From: Longimicrobiales bacterium
Lineage (GTDB): Bacteria; Gemmatimonadota; Gemmatimonadetes; Longimicrobiales; Gaopeijiaceae
Direction of reading: 5' to 3'
Length of the DNA: 64,000 bases
Assembly (NCBI GenBank): GCA_965248195.1
Contig: CBDFIQ010000002.1
Span: 1 to 64,000 of the forward strand
The notes beneath the pieces were generated by a model. The model was not told the origin of the DNA and searched no databases. It worked only from the letters and a program-made list of their open reading frames with translations. A program made the translations under genes and the position numbers. Below are positions 10,276-19,116 of this stretch, piece after piece (the stretch's first letter is position 1; the number at the start of each line of letters is the position of its first letter).

Positions 10276-10432
10276 ACATAACAACTGGGCCTCCGGCTCC
10301 GGCCGCCTGCAGCGGCCTCCGACCCAACCGGCCACAAACGGGAGGGTGTGGTAAGGAGGAGATGATAGGATTGAACGAAGCAGAAGTAGCGAACGAAGGT
10401 GAGGGCCGGTTCGGAGGCCCTGAACGTTATGT
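10276..10432 (+). repeat. attC site 3
   Basis: ACATAAC...GTTATGT with the same arms as attC2; GGACGACACATAAC complements cassette start GTTATGTGTCATCC. Confidence 0.9.
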
Positions 10433-10518
10433 GGAAGAAGCTTCGGGTTGGGGAATGCCGGGAAGGTCGCGGGCCTGGGGATCCTTGGTGGATGCTCCGG
10501 CGCCAGTTGGAGTGTATA

Positions 10519-10590
10519 GAGGGTAACGGGGTTGTATAGAGGTAATGTAACAGCGTATATTACCTCTATTCTCTGAGATGTTACCTCCAT
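10519..10590. promoter_or_regulatory. putative operator/promoter of the Fic cassette
   Basis: AT-rich; inverted repeat ATAGAGGTAAT (10536-46) / ATTACCTCTAT (10559-69) plus extra half-sites. Confidence 0.5.
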
Positions 10591-10612
10591 TCCACCCGAT
10601 GGTTCTGTCGCC

Positions 10613-11674
10613 ATGCAATCCCTGGACTCAGCGTTTCTCGACCGCCTTACGCTGACGACGGCACACGGGTCGACCCTCCGGGCGTTGGGAGAGCACCGAG
10701 GCGAGCAGGAGCTCTACAGCCAGCAGACTCCGCAAGCGTTGGAGACGCTCCGCACCGTCGCGATGGTGGAATCGACCGAGTCGTCGAATCGCCTGGAGGG
10801 CGTTGTAGCTGCGCCTGACCGACTTCGGGAGGTTGTTCTTCGCGACGCGACCCCATCGGACCGCTCAGAACAGGAGATCGCCGGATATCGCGACGCGTTG
10901 GCGCTGATCCATGAGTCGGCGGATCACATGCCGGTAAGCGTGAATGTGATTCAACAGCTCCACGCGATGCTATACCGCTATCAGCCGGGAAGTGGTGGTC
11001 GCTGGAAGTCCCGGCAGAATGACATCGTAGAGCGTGCCCCGGACGGATCGATCGTGCGAGTTCGGTTCCGCCCGGTAAGCCCCGTGGCCACTCCGGGCGC
11101 GATGCGGGATCTCATCAGCCGTTGGGACCAAGCTCTCGATCAGCAACGGGAGCCGTTGTTGATGATACCATTAGCAGTGCTGGACTTCCTGTGCATTCAT
11201 CCCTTCGCCGACGGCAATGGCCGCACAGCACGACTGCTGACTCTGCTTCTTCTGTACCGATCCCGATACGCGGTGGGGTGGTACATCAGCTTGGAGCGGG
11301 TCATCGAAGAAAGCAGGGACACCTACTACGAGGCGCTCGAGGCAAGTTCGCGGGGGTGGCATGAGGGCCAGCACGATCCGTTCCCGTGGTTGGAGTACTT
11401 CTGGGGTGTTCTCCTGCGAGCGTACGCCGAGTTTCGGGATCGGGCCGGACGACTCATGACGGCACGAGGCTCAAAGACGGCGCTGGTCGAAGGTGCGGTG
11501 GAGCGGCGCAGACGGCCGTTCGCAATCTCGGACATTGAGAACGATTGCCCCGGGGTCAGCCGCGATATGATTCGTCACGTGTTGCGGCGAATGCGGGACG
11601 AAGGAAGAGTGCAGGTACGCGGACGGGGTCGAGGCGCAAGGTGGGAGGTCTTAGAGGACCAGAGTGAAGCCTAG
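10613..11674 (+). CDS. Fic family protein (cassette 4)
   Basis: HPFADGNGRTAR catalytic motif, N-terminal SNRLEG inhibitory motif, C-terminal wHTH-like region. Confidence 0.9.
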   Translation: MQSLDSAFLDRLTLTTAHGSTLRALGEHRGEQELYSQQTPQALETLRTVAMVESTESSNRLEGVVAAPDRLREVVLRDATPSDRSEQEIAGYRDALALIHESADHMPVSVNVIQQLHAMLYRYQPGSGGRWKSRQNDIVERAPDGSIVRVRFRPVSPVATPGAMRDLISRWDQALDQQREPLLMIPLAVLDFLCIHPFADGNGRTARLLTLLLLYRSRYAVGWYISLERVIEESRDTYYEALEASSRGWHEGQHDPFPWLEYFWGVLLRAYAEFRDRAGRLMTARGSKTALVEGAVERRRRPFAISDIENDCPGVSRDMIRHVLRRMRDEGRVQVRGRGRGARWEVLEDQSEA

Positions 11675-11908
11675 AACCGGATGTGTGGATGAAGCTGATT
11701 GGACGGATCACCTAGCTGGCTGAAGGCCACCACGCTTCCACCACATAACACGGGGCCTCCGGCTCGGGCCGCTGTAGGCGGCCCTCGACCCAACCGGCCT
11801 CGACGACGCCGAGCACGGTCGCTGGGTCAGCCTGCTGGTAGCTTTGCCTGAGGACCTGAGCATCCCGCCAGCCACCGGCAGCGGCAACGTCCTGATCGGG
11901 TAGATGCT

Positions 11909-13284
11909 GGTCAAGTCCCGATTTGTGTGTAAAAGCGGAGGAAGCTCCTCGCCTTCGGCTAGGCTGCTTGGGCGACCTCCTGTTTCTGGAGGAGTGAGAG
12001 GTCGAGGTAACGCCGGTCGCCCCAGACGTGTGTGGTCCTGAGTGCGACGGCCGTGATGAGCCTGAGGGCGCTGGCCCGGTCCGGGAAGGCGCCGGCGGCC
12101 TTGATCCTGCGTTTGATCTCGCCGTGCAGCCGCTCGAGGCTGTTGGTGGTACGCAGCCGGGGCCAGTGCGCCTCGGGGAACGCGTAGAACTGCGTCGCTG
12201 CCCCGAAGCCCCGCTCCAGGACCTCCACGGCCTCGGGCAGCTCCTTCTTCCAGCGTGCGCCGAACTCGCCCAGGAGCTTCTTCGCCTCGGCGAGTCCGGA
12301 TGTCTGGAAGATCACCGAGACCTCACGCGCCATGCGCTTGCGTAGGCGGTGGGGGACCCTCGCCCCCACATTACGCTGCAGATGGACCGTACACCTCTGA
12401 CGGCGTGCCTCGGGCAGGAAGCGGCGGACCGCAGCTGCCAGGCCTGCGTGCTCATCGGCGATCACGAGCTCGACACCGCCGAGGCCGCGGTCCTGGAGTT
12501 GCTCGAGGAGCTCCGACCAGCTCTGCTGCGACTCCTCAGCGCCCAGCGTGACGGCCAGGAGCCGTCGGTGACCCTCAGGGCCCACTGCATACGCCACGAG
12601 CGCACTCACGTTCTCGACTTTGCGGGCCCAGCGGGCGTCCAAGAACGTGGCGTCCAGGTACAGATAGGGGTGAGGCCCCTCGATCGGCGCACGGCGCAGC
12701 CCTTCCACGGCCTCGTCGAGCCGTTTTGCCACACGACTCACCGTCGAGCGCCCAACACGCTCGCCCATCAGCGCCTCGGTGACGTCGCCCATCTTGCGCT
12801 GTGACACGCCGCTCACATACGCCTCGACCATCATCTCGTCGAGCTCGGGGCTCCTGCGCTGGTAGCGGCCGATCACGTCGGCCGGCGAACCGTTGTCCCG
12901 GCTCCGGGGCATGGCGACCTCGATCTGCCCCAGGCTCGTCAGCAGCCGCCTCAGGTATGTGCCGTTCCTATGGTCCTTCCGGCTTCCCACCCGCTCGAAG
13001 CGGCGTGCACCTACCATGGCCTTCAGCTCCTCTTCCAGCACCATCTCGAGCGTCAGCCGGATCGCGCCTTGAAACAGCTCGCGCAAATCATCGCGTAGCT
13101 CGTCTTGCGTGGCCCGACCGATCTCCACAATCTCTTGCATCGGAAGCTCCTCTCCGGTTCCGAGCCTGCTCTGCAGACCCGGACTCCCGGGTTCATGTGA
13201 CAGTGAACAACAACAGAGGAGCTTCCGTTTTTCTTTCCCTCCTGTCCAGCTTATCCGCTTTTACACAAATCTAGGGACACTACC
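11909..13284 (-). mobile_element. IS256-family element, copy 1 (1376 bp)
   Basis: Imperfect 31-bp terminal IRs ending TGTGTAAAAGCGGA; matches 42932-44307. Confidence 0.95.
11959..13140 (-). CDS. IS256-family (mutator) transposase
   Basis: RNGTYLR, LYLDA, QRCTVH and RTTNSLERLHGEIKRR motifs. Confidence 0.95.
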   Translation of the reverse strand: MQEIVEIGRATQDELRDDLRELFQGAIRLTLEMVLEEELKAMVGARRFERVGSRKDHRNGTYLRRLLTSLGQIEVAMPRSRDNGSPADVIGRYQRRSPELDEMMVEAYVSGVSQRKMGDVTEALMGERVGRSTVSRVAKRLDEAVEGLRRAPIEGPHPYLYLDATFLDARWARKVENVSALVAYAVGPEGHRRLLAVTLGAEESQQSWSELLEQLQDRGLGGVELVIADEHAGLAAAVRRFLPEARRQRCTVHLQRNVGARVPHRLRKRMAREVSVIFQTSGLAEAKKLLGEFGARWKKELPEAVEVLERGFGAATQFYAFPEAHWPRLRTTNSLERLHGEIKRRIKAAGAFPDRASALRLITAVALRTTHVWGDRRYLDLSLLQKQEVAQAA

Positions 13285-13456
13285 GGTCGAAGAATGTGGC
13301 GGTAGATCTAGGCAGGCATTAGAGAATATGGTGCGGGCCGGTTCGGAGGCCCTGGAACGTTATGTGCAATCGCTGGGGGAGAGCGGCACCCTAGGGCGAT
13401 AGAAGAGTGAGTTAGTCAGTGCCAGTCGCCGCACGTCTAGATGGGGGCAGAGGGAC

Positions 13457-14179
13457 ATGAGCTACCAACAGGACTCGTACCTCACCGACCACCTTGCGGT
13501 GAGCGCACAGCTTTGGGTCCAGGAGTTCAGGGCGTTCTGGGGTCTGGATTCGGACGCAGTTCCCGAGGGCGTGGAGCCACAACAGTGGGAGGTCGCAAAG
13601 CTCCTCGACGCGCTAACTGGCCAGGTCGTGAGCGCGGCTAAGACGCTTGAGCGTTCCCCGGGGGACCCGGACGAGGTGCTCGATTCGTACTTCAAGCGGT
13701 TCGGCGAACCGTTGTCTGAGCATCCGCTTTTTCGCCAGGCCCTCGAGGCTCATCTAGCCGAGGACCTTGAAGACGAGCTGGAGAAGATGAGCGCTCACGC
13801 GGTTTGCCTACTCGACTACCTCGTGTCAATTCGGCACGAGCGTCCACGCGCCTACATGGCACGCGTCGGCGCCTGCTATCTGCGTGGACTGGATACGGAA
13901 ACGGTCGTGATGGCGGGCGCCGTCCTCGATGCGGCCATGCAGGAGACCTTCGATGACGCAGTGATCCGAGAGGCGGGCATCAAGTGCGGACGCTACATAT
14001 CTCTCGGCAACCGGATCGAGTACGCGATCCAATCCGGAGTGCTGACGGAAGCCGAAGGTAAAAAGGCGTTCTTTGTTGCACACGAGAGGAACAAGGCTGT
14101 CCATGCCGCGCCCGGCTCGGCCGCTGACCCTGACGACGTCCTTGAGGAACTCGCGGCTGTGCTTGACGCGCTTATGTAG
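13457..14179 (+). CDS. HEPN/DUF4145-like protein (cassette 5)
   Basis: C-terminal TVVMAGAVLD...SLGNRIE...ERNKAVH (RxxxxH). Confidence 0.65.
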   Translation: MSYQQDSYLTDHLAVSAQLWVQEFRAFWGLDSDAVPEGVEPQQWEVAKLLDALTGQVVSAAKTLERSPGDPDEVLDSYFKRFGEPLSEHPLFRQALEAHLAEDLEDELEKMSAHAVCLLDYLVSIRHERPRAYMARVGACYLRGLDTETVVMAGAVLDAAMQETFDDAVIREAGIKCGRYISLGNRIEYAIQSGVLTEAEGKKAFFVAHERNKAVHAAPGSAADPDDVLEELAAVLDALM

Positions 14180-14336
14180 GAGCGTCGACTGCGACAGCAC
14201 ATAACACTGGGCCTCCGGCTCCGGCCGCATGCGCGGCCTTCGACCCAACCGGCCCAAACGAAGGTGGCTTCGGTCATCGAAGGTGATTGAACGAAGCGGA
14301 ACCTGTCAACGACAATGGGACACTCTACGGGATTAA

Positions 14337-15344
14337 TTAGAGAGCAATATCCTGTGTGGTGAGGGAAGGGATGGGAGGATTGATGTAGACGGCCTCCGGG
14401 AGCGGTTTGGGCTTCGGCACACCTGTGACGAAGCGTTCGGGATGAGCGGCCCATGCTTCGCGGAGCACGGATTTCCTGCCGGCAATGACCTGATCGGCGT
14501 TCCCGAAGTGGACCTGCTCGGGGGTTAGCATCGAGATACCGCCATGGCGGTGCTCGGCATTGTACCAGCGGAAGAACGATCGACACAACGTCTTGGCCTG
14601 GCCCTGATCCCCGAACCGCCCGGGAAACGAGGGATGGTACTTCAAGGTTTTGAACTGAGCCTCGGAAAACGGGTTGTCATCCGACACCTGAGGCCGGCTC
14701 AACGAGCGAGTCACGCCGAGGTCAGCGAGAAGTTGAGCGGTGCATTGGCTCGTCATTGGAGCTCCCCGATCCGAGTGCAGGGTCAGGACCCGGGGCTGGA
14801 CGCCATGCTTCAGGCAGCTCTGCTGGATCAACCGGCCGGCCAGGGCCGAGTTCTCCCGGTCCGCCACCATCCAGCCCACGACGTAGCGGCTGTAGATGTC
14901 CATGATGACGTAGAGGTAGTAATAGCTCCACTTCTTCGGCCCGAGTAGCCGCGTGATATCCCAGGACCACACCTGGTTCGGCGCCGTGGCCATCAACTCG
15001 GGCTTCTTGTACTCGGGATGGGTGCGCTGCGCCCGGCGTTCCTGAACCGGCACCTCGGAGGCCAGAACACGATACATCGTGCGTTCGCTGCACAGGTAGA
15101 CCTCTTCGTCGAGCAGCGTGGCCACCACCTCGGCGGGTGAGCGGTCCACGAACCGCTCCGAACACAGCGTGTCGAAGACCTCGCCTCGTTCCGTCTCGCT
15201 CAATGCCCGGGCGGGCGTCGGGCGGGGCTGCCGTTGCCCGGTCGATGGGCCTCGACGACGGTAGAACGTCGATCGGGAGACCTCGAGAGCCGCGCACGCC
15301 GGTTTTACACCGACGTGCTTAGCCAGCTCATCGGCCGCCTTCAA
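14337..15344 (-). CDS. IS3-family transposase OrfB
   Basis: Identical protein to 6608-7615. Confidence 0.95.
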   Translation of the reverse strand: MKAADELAKHVGVKPACAALEVSRSTFYRRRGPSTGQRQPRPTPARALSETERGEVFDTLCSERFVDRSPAEVVATLLDEEVYLCSERTMYRVLASEVPVQERRAQRTHPEYKKPELMATAPNQVWSWDITRLLGPKKWSYYYLYVIMDIYSRYVVGWMVADRENSALAGRLIQQSCLKHGVQPRVLTLHSDRGAPMTSQCTAQLLADLGVTRSLSRPQVSDDNPFSEAQFKTLKYHPSFPGRFGDQGQAKTLCRSFFRWYNAEHRHGGISMLTPEQVHFGNADQVIAGRKSVLREAWAAHPERFVTGVPKPKPLPEAVYINPPIPSLTTQDIAL

Positions 15345-15790
15345 GAGTTCGTCCCGTCGTCGAGGCTTATCCCCAGCAGCCCCGCAACTTTTCCCTGCAC
15401 GTCGATGATCAGGTGTGCCTTCCTGAGCTCATTCTCGAGCCGTGCGTTTTGCCGCTCCAGCTTGCGTACCTTCTCATCCAGCGGATTCCGCTCCGGCTTG
15501 CGGCCGCGTTTCTTCGACAGGGCCTTCAGCGACCCGCTATGCGCCGCCTTGCGCCACGTCGTCAGGTGCGACGAGTACAGGCCCTCGCGCCGCAGGAGCT
15601 GACCCACCTCGCCGGGCTCGGTGCACCGGTCCGCTTCTTCGACGATCCGCAGCTTGTACGATGGACTGAACCGCCGGCGTAGCGGCCTATCTACTACCTC
15701 CGGGTCCGCAGGAGCTGCCGCGCTTCGCTTGGCCTCCCCGATTCCAGGGGCACTACCATTCTCTTCCATTCTCTCTCGCAGTCCCAACAT
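15341..15790 (-). CDS. IS3-family transposase OrfA
   Basis: Identical protein to 6162-6611. Confidence 0.9.
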   Translation of the reverse strand: MLGLRERMEENGSAPGIGEAKRSAAAPADPEVVDRPLRRRFSPSYKLRIVEEADRCTEPGEVGQLLRREGLYSSHLTTWRKAAHSGSLKALSKKRGRKPERNPLDEKVRKLERQNARLENELRKAHLIIDVQGKVAGLLGISLDDGTNS

Positions 15791-16707
15791 GTTCGTTTTC
15801 TCTGCCTTCGCCCTACTCTAATTCTTTGCGTGCTCCGTGTCTCACGTACGTTGGCAGAGAGGGAAGAAAGCAGAAGTAAGGAACGAAAGTGAGGGCCGGT
15901 TCGGAGGCCCTGAACGTTACACGACATGCCTTCATCAGGACAACGACAAGATGATGCGGCTACTCGGGAGGTGGACCATGTGGATTCGTGCGGCGGGGCT
16001 GAGGGTGGCCTCAGTATACACCGTCTTGCTCACTGCCGGGGTCGGGCTCCCCGGCCACGTTCAGGCTCAGTTTCCTGGGGACTCGACTCAGGTGGTAGAC
16101 GTTCTCGGAAGCCCGACGAGCGCACCCACCCTGAGTCGTCGAACCCGCAACTCAAAGCAAGCGGACACCTGCGGCAAAAAACTGGGCCGACGGCGTGTTG
16201 TGCTCATGTGTCTTGACCTCTGGCCCCATAGAAGGGAATCCAAACGCCCTATCGGGGTTCGCCCCTAGCGTAAGCGAGCCGACACCCTGGCCTTGAATGC
16301 TGAACCCAGAGCAGGGTGCGCGCACGCCGTCCAGCCATGCAAGGACGAGACGAGAGGATGCGTGGATGGGCAAGAGATCTTCGAGGTCAGTCCCGCGGCT
16401 GCTTGCGCCTCACCCTCAGCGCATAGGATACTGGGCTCGAGATGCGCGGGCCGAAGATACCGGCCCGGTCCACCTAGCTCCGGAGCCCACCTGTGTCGTC
16501 GATTCGTATGCTGAGCACCGTCGAGTTCGAGCCGTTTGGCGGCGGGACCGAGGTCCGTTGGAAGATGCCGGCCGAGGGACCTCTCCTACACTTTCTGCTC
16601 GTGCGCGTGTGCCAGGCTATGGCGAGGTTCGGGATCGAGCTCGATGAAGCGCTCGACCGTGTCACTGCCCTCCTTTCCGATCCTGACGCGGCGGACGTGA
16701 CCTGACC

Positions 16708-18366
16708 ATGATCGCTCCGGGAGACCCGGCACCGGACTTCTCACTCGCCCGGCTGGACGGCGCCGATTGGCGACTCGAGGAGGCGGCGGCTGAGGGTCCC
16801 CTTCTCCTCGCTTTCATCGAGACCGACTGTCCCACCTGCCGCCTCACCGTCCCATACCTGAAGCGCTTTGCCGAGGCGCTCGGCCCCGAGGGCCACCGGG
16901 TCGTCGTGATCTCGCAGGACGGTGGCCCCGAAACCCGAGAGCTGGCGGAGGCCTATGACGTGAGCTTCCCGGTGCTCCTGGACCTGGATCTGGATGCGTC
17001 TCGCAGCTACGATCCCCCAAGCGTCCCGGCGCTATTCCTCGTGGGCCAGGGGGGACAGGTCGAGTTTTCCGAGGTGGGCTTCCACAAGGAGGACCTCAAC
17101 TCGGCCGCGGAGAGAATGCTCTCTGACTTCGGACTCCCGGTGCGGACGGTGGCCGACCTCGACGACGGGGCTCCCCTGATGAAGCCCGGGTGTGCCTCCC
17201 GCCACCTCGAGTCGGCCATGGCCGTCGGGTCTGTCGAGGCGTTGGGCGGGGCATCTGAGAGGGCGTCTGTCGAGGCATCGCCCGAGCCGATCGATCTACT
17301 TCCCGAGCGCGCGCCGCGGGCCTCACGGCTCACGCTGGCTGAGGACCAGGATCCGTACGAGTACTGCATGAGGGCCGGCTTCTCGCCCTTCCTTCCCGTG
17401 GTCCCGCCCACGGCGGAGCGGGTGGACGCCTTCTTGGCGGTGATCCCACATCCACCGGATCGTGTGGTGGGTTTGGTCCCGCCCTGCTACGGGCCCGCTA
17501 CGATCGAGAAGATTGCAGCCAACGCGGTGATGGCGGGCTGCGAGCCGGAGTACATGGAGGTTCTGATCCCTGTGGTCCGGGCCGCTTGCGACGAGCGCTT
17601 CAACCTGCACGGGGTGCAGGCGACCACGCACTCGGCTACTCCGCTGATCATTCTGAGCGGGCCGGCCGCCACGCGCTTGGGCTTCGCGAGCGGGGCGGGG
17701 GTGTTCGGAAACGTGGCCCGTGCCAACAGCTCCGTGGGCCGGGCGCTCCAGCTCGTTATGGCGAACCTGGGAGGTGCGCTCCCCGGTGAGATCGATATGT
17801 CGGCGCTGGGAAACCCGGGACGCTTCTCGTACTGCGTGGCCGAGAATCACGAGGAGAGCCCGTGGGAGCCTCTCCATGTGGAGCTCGGCTTCGATCAGGA
17901 CGAGAGCACCGTCACACTGTTCGCCGCCGGCGGGCTCACGGAGGTGAGCGAACACACGGCTCGAACCGGGGCCGGGGTGCTCCGCACCATCGCCGCGACG
18001 CTCTCCATGGTCTGGAGCTGGAGGCGGTGCGGGCGGGTCGATGCGGTGGTCGTCTTGTGCCCGGAGCACGCGGCGACCTTGAGCTCCGACGGATTCAGCA
18101 AGAGTGACGTGCGCGACTTCCTCTTCGAGCACACCGGCGTTCCCTTGCGGGCGTTCGACCATGAAGGTACTGAGGGCACCCAACTCCGTGATACCTACGA
18201 GGAGATCCTGATCGACGGCGAGCCCCACTATCGGAAGTTCAAGGACCCGTCGCAGATTCGGATCATCGTGGCGGGCGGCACGGCCGGAAAGTTCTCTGCG
18301 GTCCTGGGGGGTTGGCTGGCGGGCACCGAGGGATCTCAGATCGTGACATACCCCGTGAAATGGTAA
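16708..18366 (+). CDS. redoxin (AhpC/TSA, CxxC) fused to a UGSC-associated oxidoreductase-like domain
   Basis: GDPAPDFSL...TDCPTC N-terminus; LPVVPPT, KIAANAVMAGC, ANSSVGRAL C-terminal domain. Confidence 0.8.
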   Translation: MIAPGDPAPDFSLARLDGADWRLEEAAAEGPLLLAFIETDCPTCRLTVPYLKRFAEALGPEGHRVVVISQDGGPETRELAEAYDVSFPVLLDLDLDASRSYDPPSVPALFLVGQGGQVEFSEVGFHKEDLNSAAERMLSDFGLPVRTVADLDDGAPLMKPGCASRHLESAMAVGSVEALGGASERASVEASPEPIDLLPERAPRASRLTLAEDQDPYEYCMRAGFSPFLPVVPPTAERVDAFLAVIPHPPDRVVGLVPPCYGPATIEKIAANAVMAGCEPEYMEVLIPVVRAACDERFNLHGVQATTHSATPLIILSGPAATRLGFASGAGVFGNVARANSSVGRALQLVMANLGGALPGEIDMSALGNPGRFSYCVAENHEESPWEPLHVELGFDQDESTVTLFAAGGLTEVSEHTARTGAGVLRTIAATLSMVWSWRRCGRVDAVVVLCPEHAATLSSDGFSKSDVRDFLFEHTGVPLRAFDHEGTEGTQLRDTYEEILIDGEPHYRKFKDPSQIRIIVAGGTAGKFSAVLGGWLAGTEGSQIVTYPVKW

Positions 18367-18467
18367 GCCTATGACTCTGCTGGAGCGGTAAGCCCGCGGG
18401 TCCGGTACAAGTGGTAGGCACGTGACCGTATGGCATGCACCTGAACGAAGACACAAAAGGAGATTTC

Positions 18468-18992
18468 ATGTCCACGTTGGTGAACCCTCTCGACGAACGC
18501 TCTGCGGACTGGCTGTCGCCCGCGCTCCGGCTCGATAGCCTCGAGGGCAAGACGCTCGCCTTGCTCGACATCAGCAAACCCCGAGGCAAGGAGTTTCTGG
18601 ATCGGCTGGAGGAGATTCTCAAGGAGCGGTACGGCGTTGCGGAAATCATTCGCGAGATCAAGCCGACGTACACGAAGCCCGCTCCCGGAGCCCTGCTGGA
18701 GAGGCTCGGGTTCGTGGATGGCGTGATCGAAGCGCTGGCCGACTGAGGCTCCTGCACAACGTGCAGTTTGCACGACAGCGTTCGACTCGAAGCGGGAGGA
18801 ATCCCCGCTGTGCCTTTGGCCACGGATGAGTTCCGTACTGCCGCCAGGGTGCAGGCGAGCCGCCTGGGGCGCCCCGACCTGGAGGCGGTGTTCGTTTCAC
18901 ACCCGATCCAAGATCGGACTCCGGCCGAGATCGAGGAGCGGGCGGACGCCGTCATCGAGGAGGTCGTCAGCCGGCTCACGAGGACATCCTGA
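18468..18992 (+). CDS. UGSC-family selenoprotein (Sec at TGA 18744-18746)
   Basis: Two in-frame ORFs joined across TGA give ALAD-U-GSCTTCSLHD; RBS AAAGGAG; hairpin CTGCAC-AAC-GTGCAG right after the TGA. Confidence 0.85.
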
Positions 18993-19116
18993 ATCGGGTC
19001 GGGTGGCACGAGGCGGTGGTGCCGCGCGCCCCACGTGCGCTCCGGCACCGACTGCCCCATTATCGGAACCCTGCCCGTCGCGGCTCATCTCGGCGCACCA
19101 CACCTGGGAGGCACCC

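Larger units (their letters stand above)
11743..13365 (+). repeat. attC site 4, interrupted by IS256 plus captured DNA
   Basis: Left arm 11743-11795 (ACATAAC...CGACCCAACC), right arm 13285-13365 (...GGGCCGGTTCGGAGGCCCTGGAACGTTATGT). Confidence 0.85.
14297..15863 (-). mobile_element. IS3-family insertion sequence, copy 2
   Basis: 3-bp duplication AAG (14294-96 / 15864-66); reverse complement of copy 1. Confidence 0.95.
14199..15922 (+). repeat. attC site 5, interrupted by IS3 copy 2
   Basis: ACATAAC at 14199 and GTTACAC at 15916; removing the IS and one AAG gives a 154-bp site with attC2/3 arms. Confidence 0.85.

Noticed and set aside
11796..11908. Extended IS256 terminus as part of the element
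   Set aside because: The canonical IR begins at 11909, and this segment is the integrase 3' end from 42819-42931.
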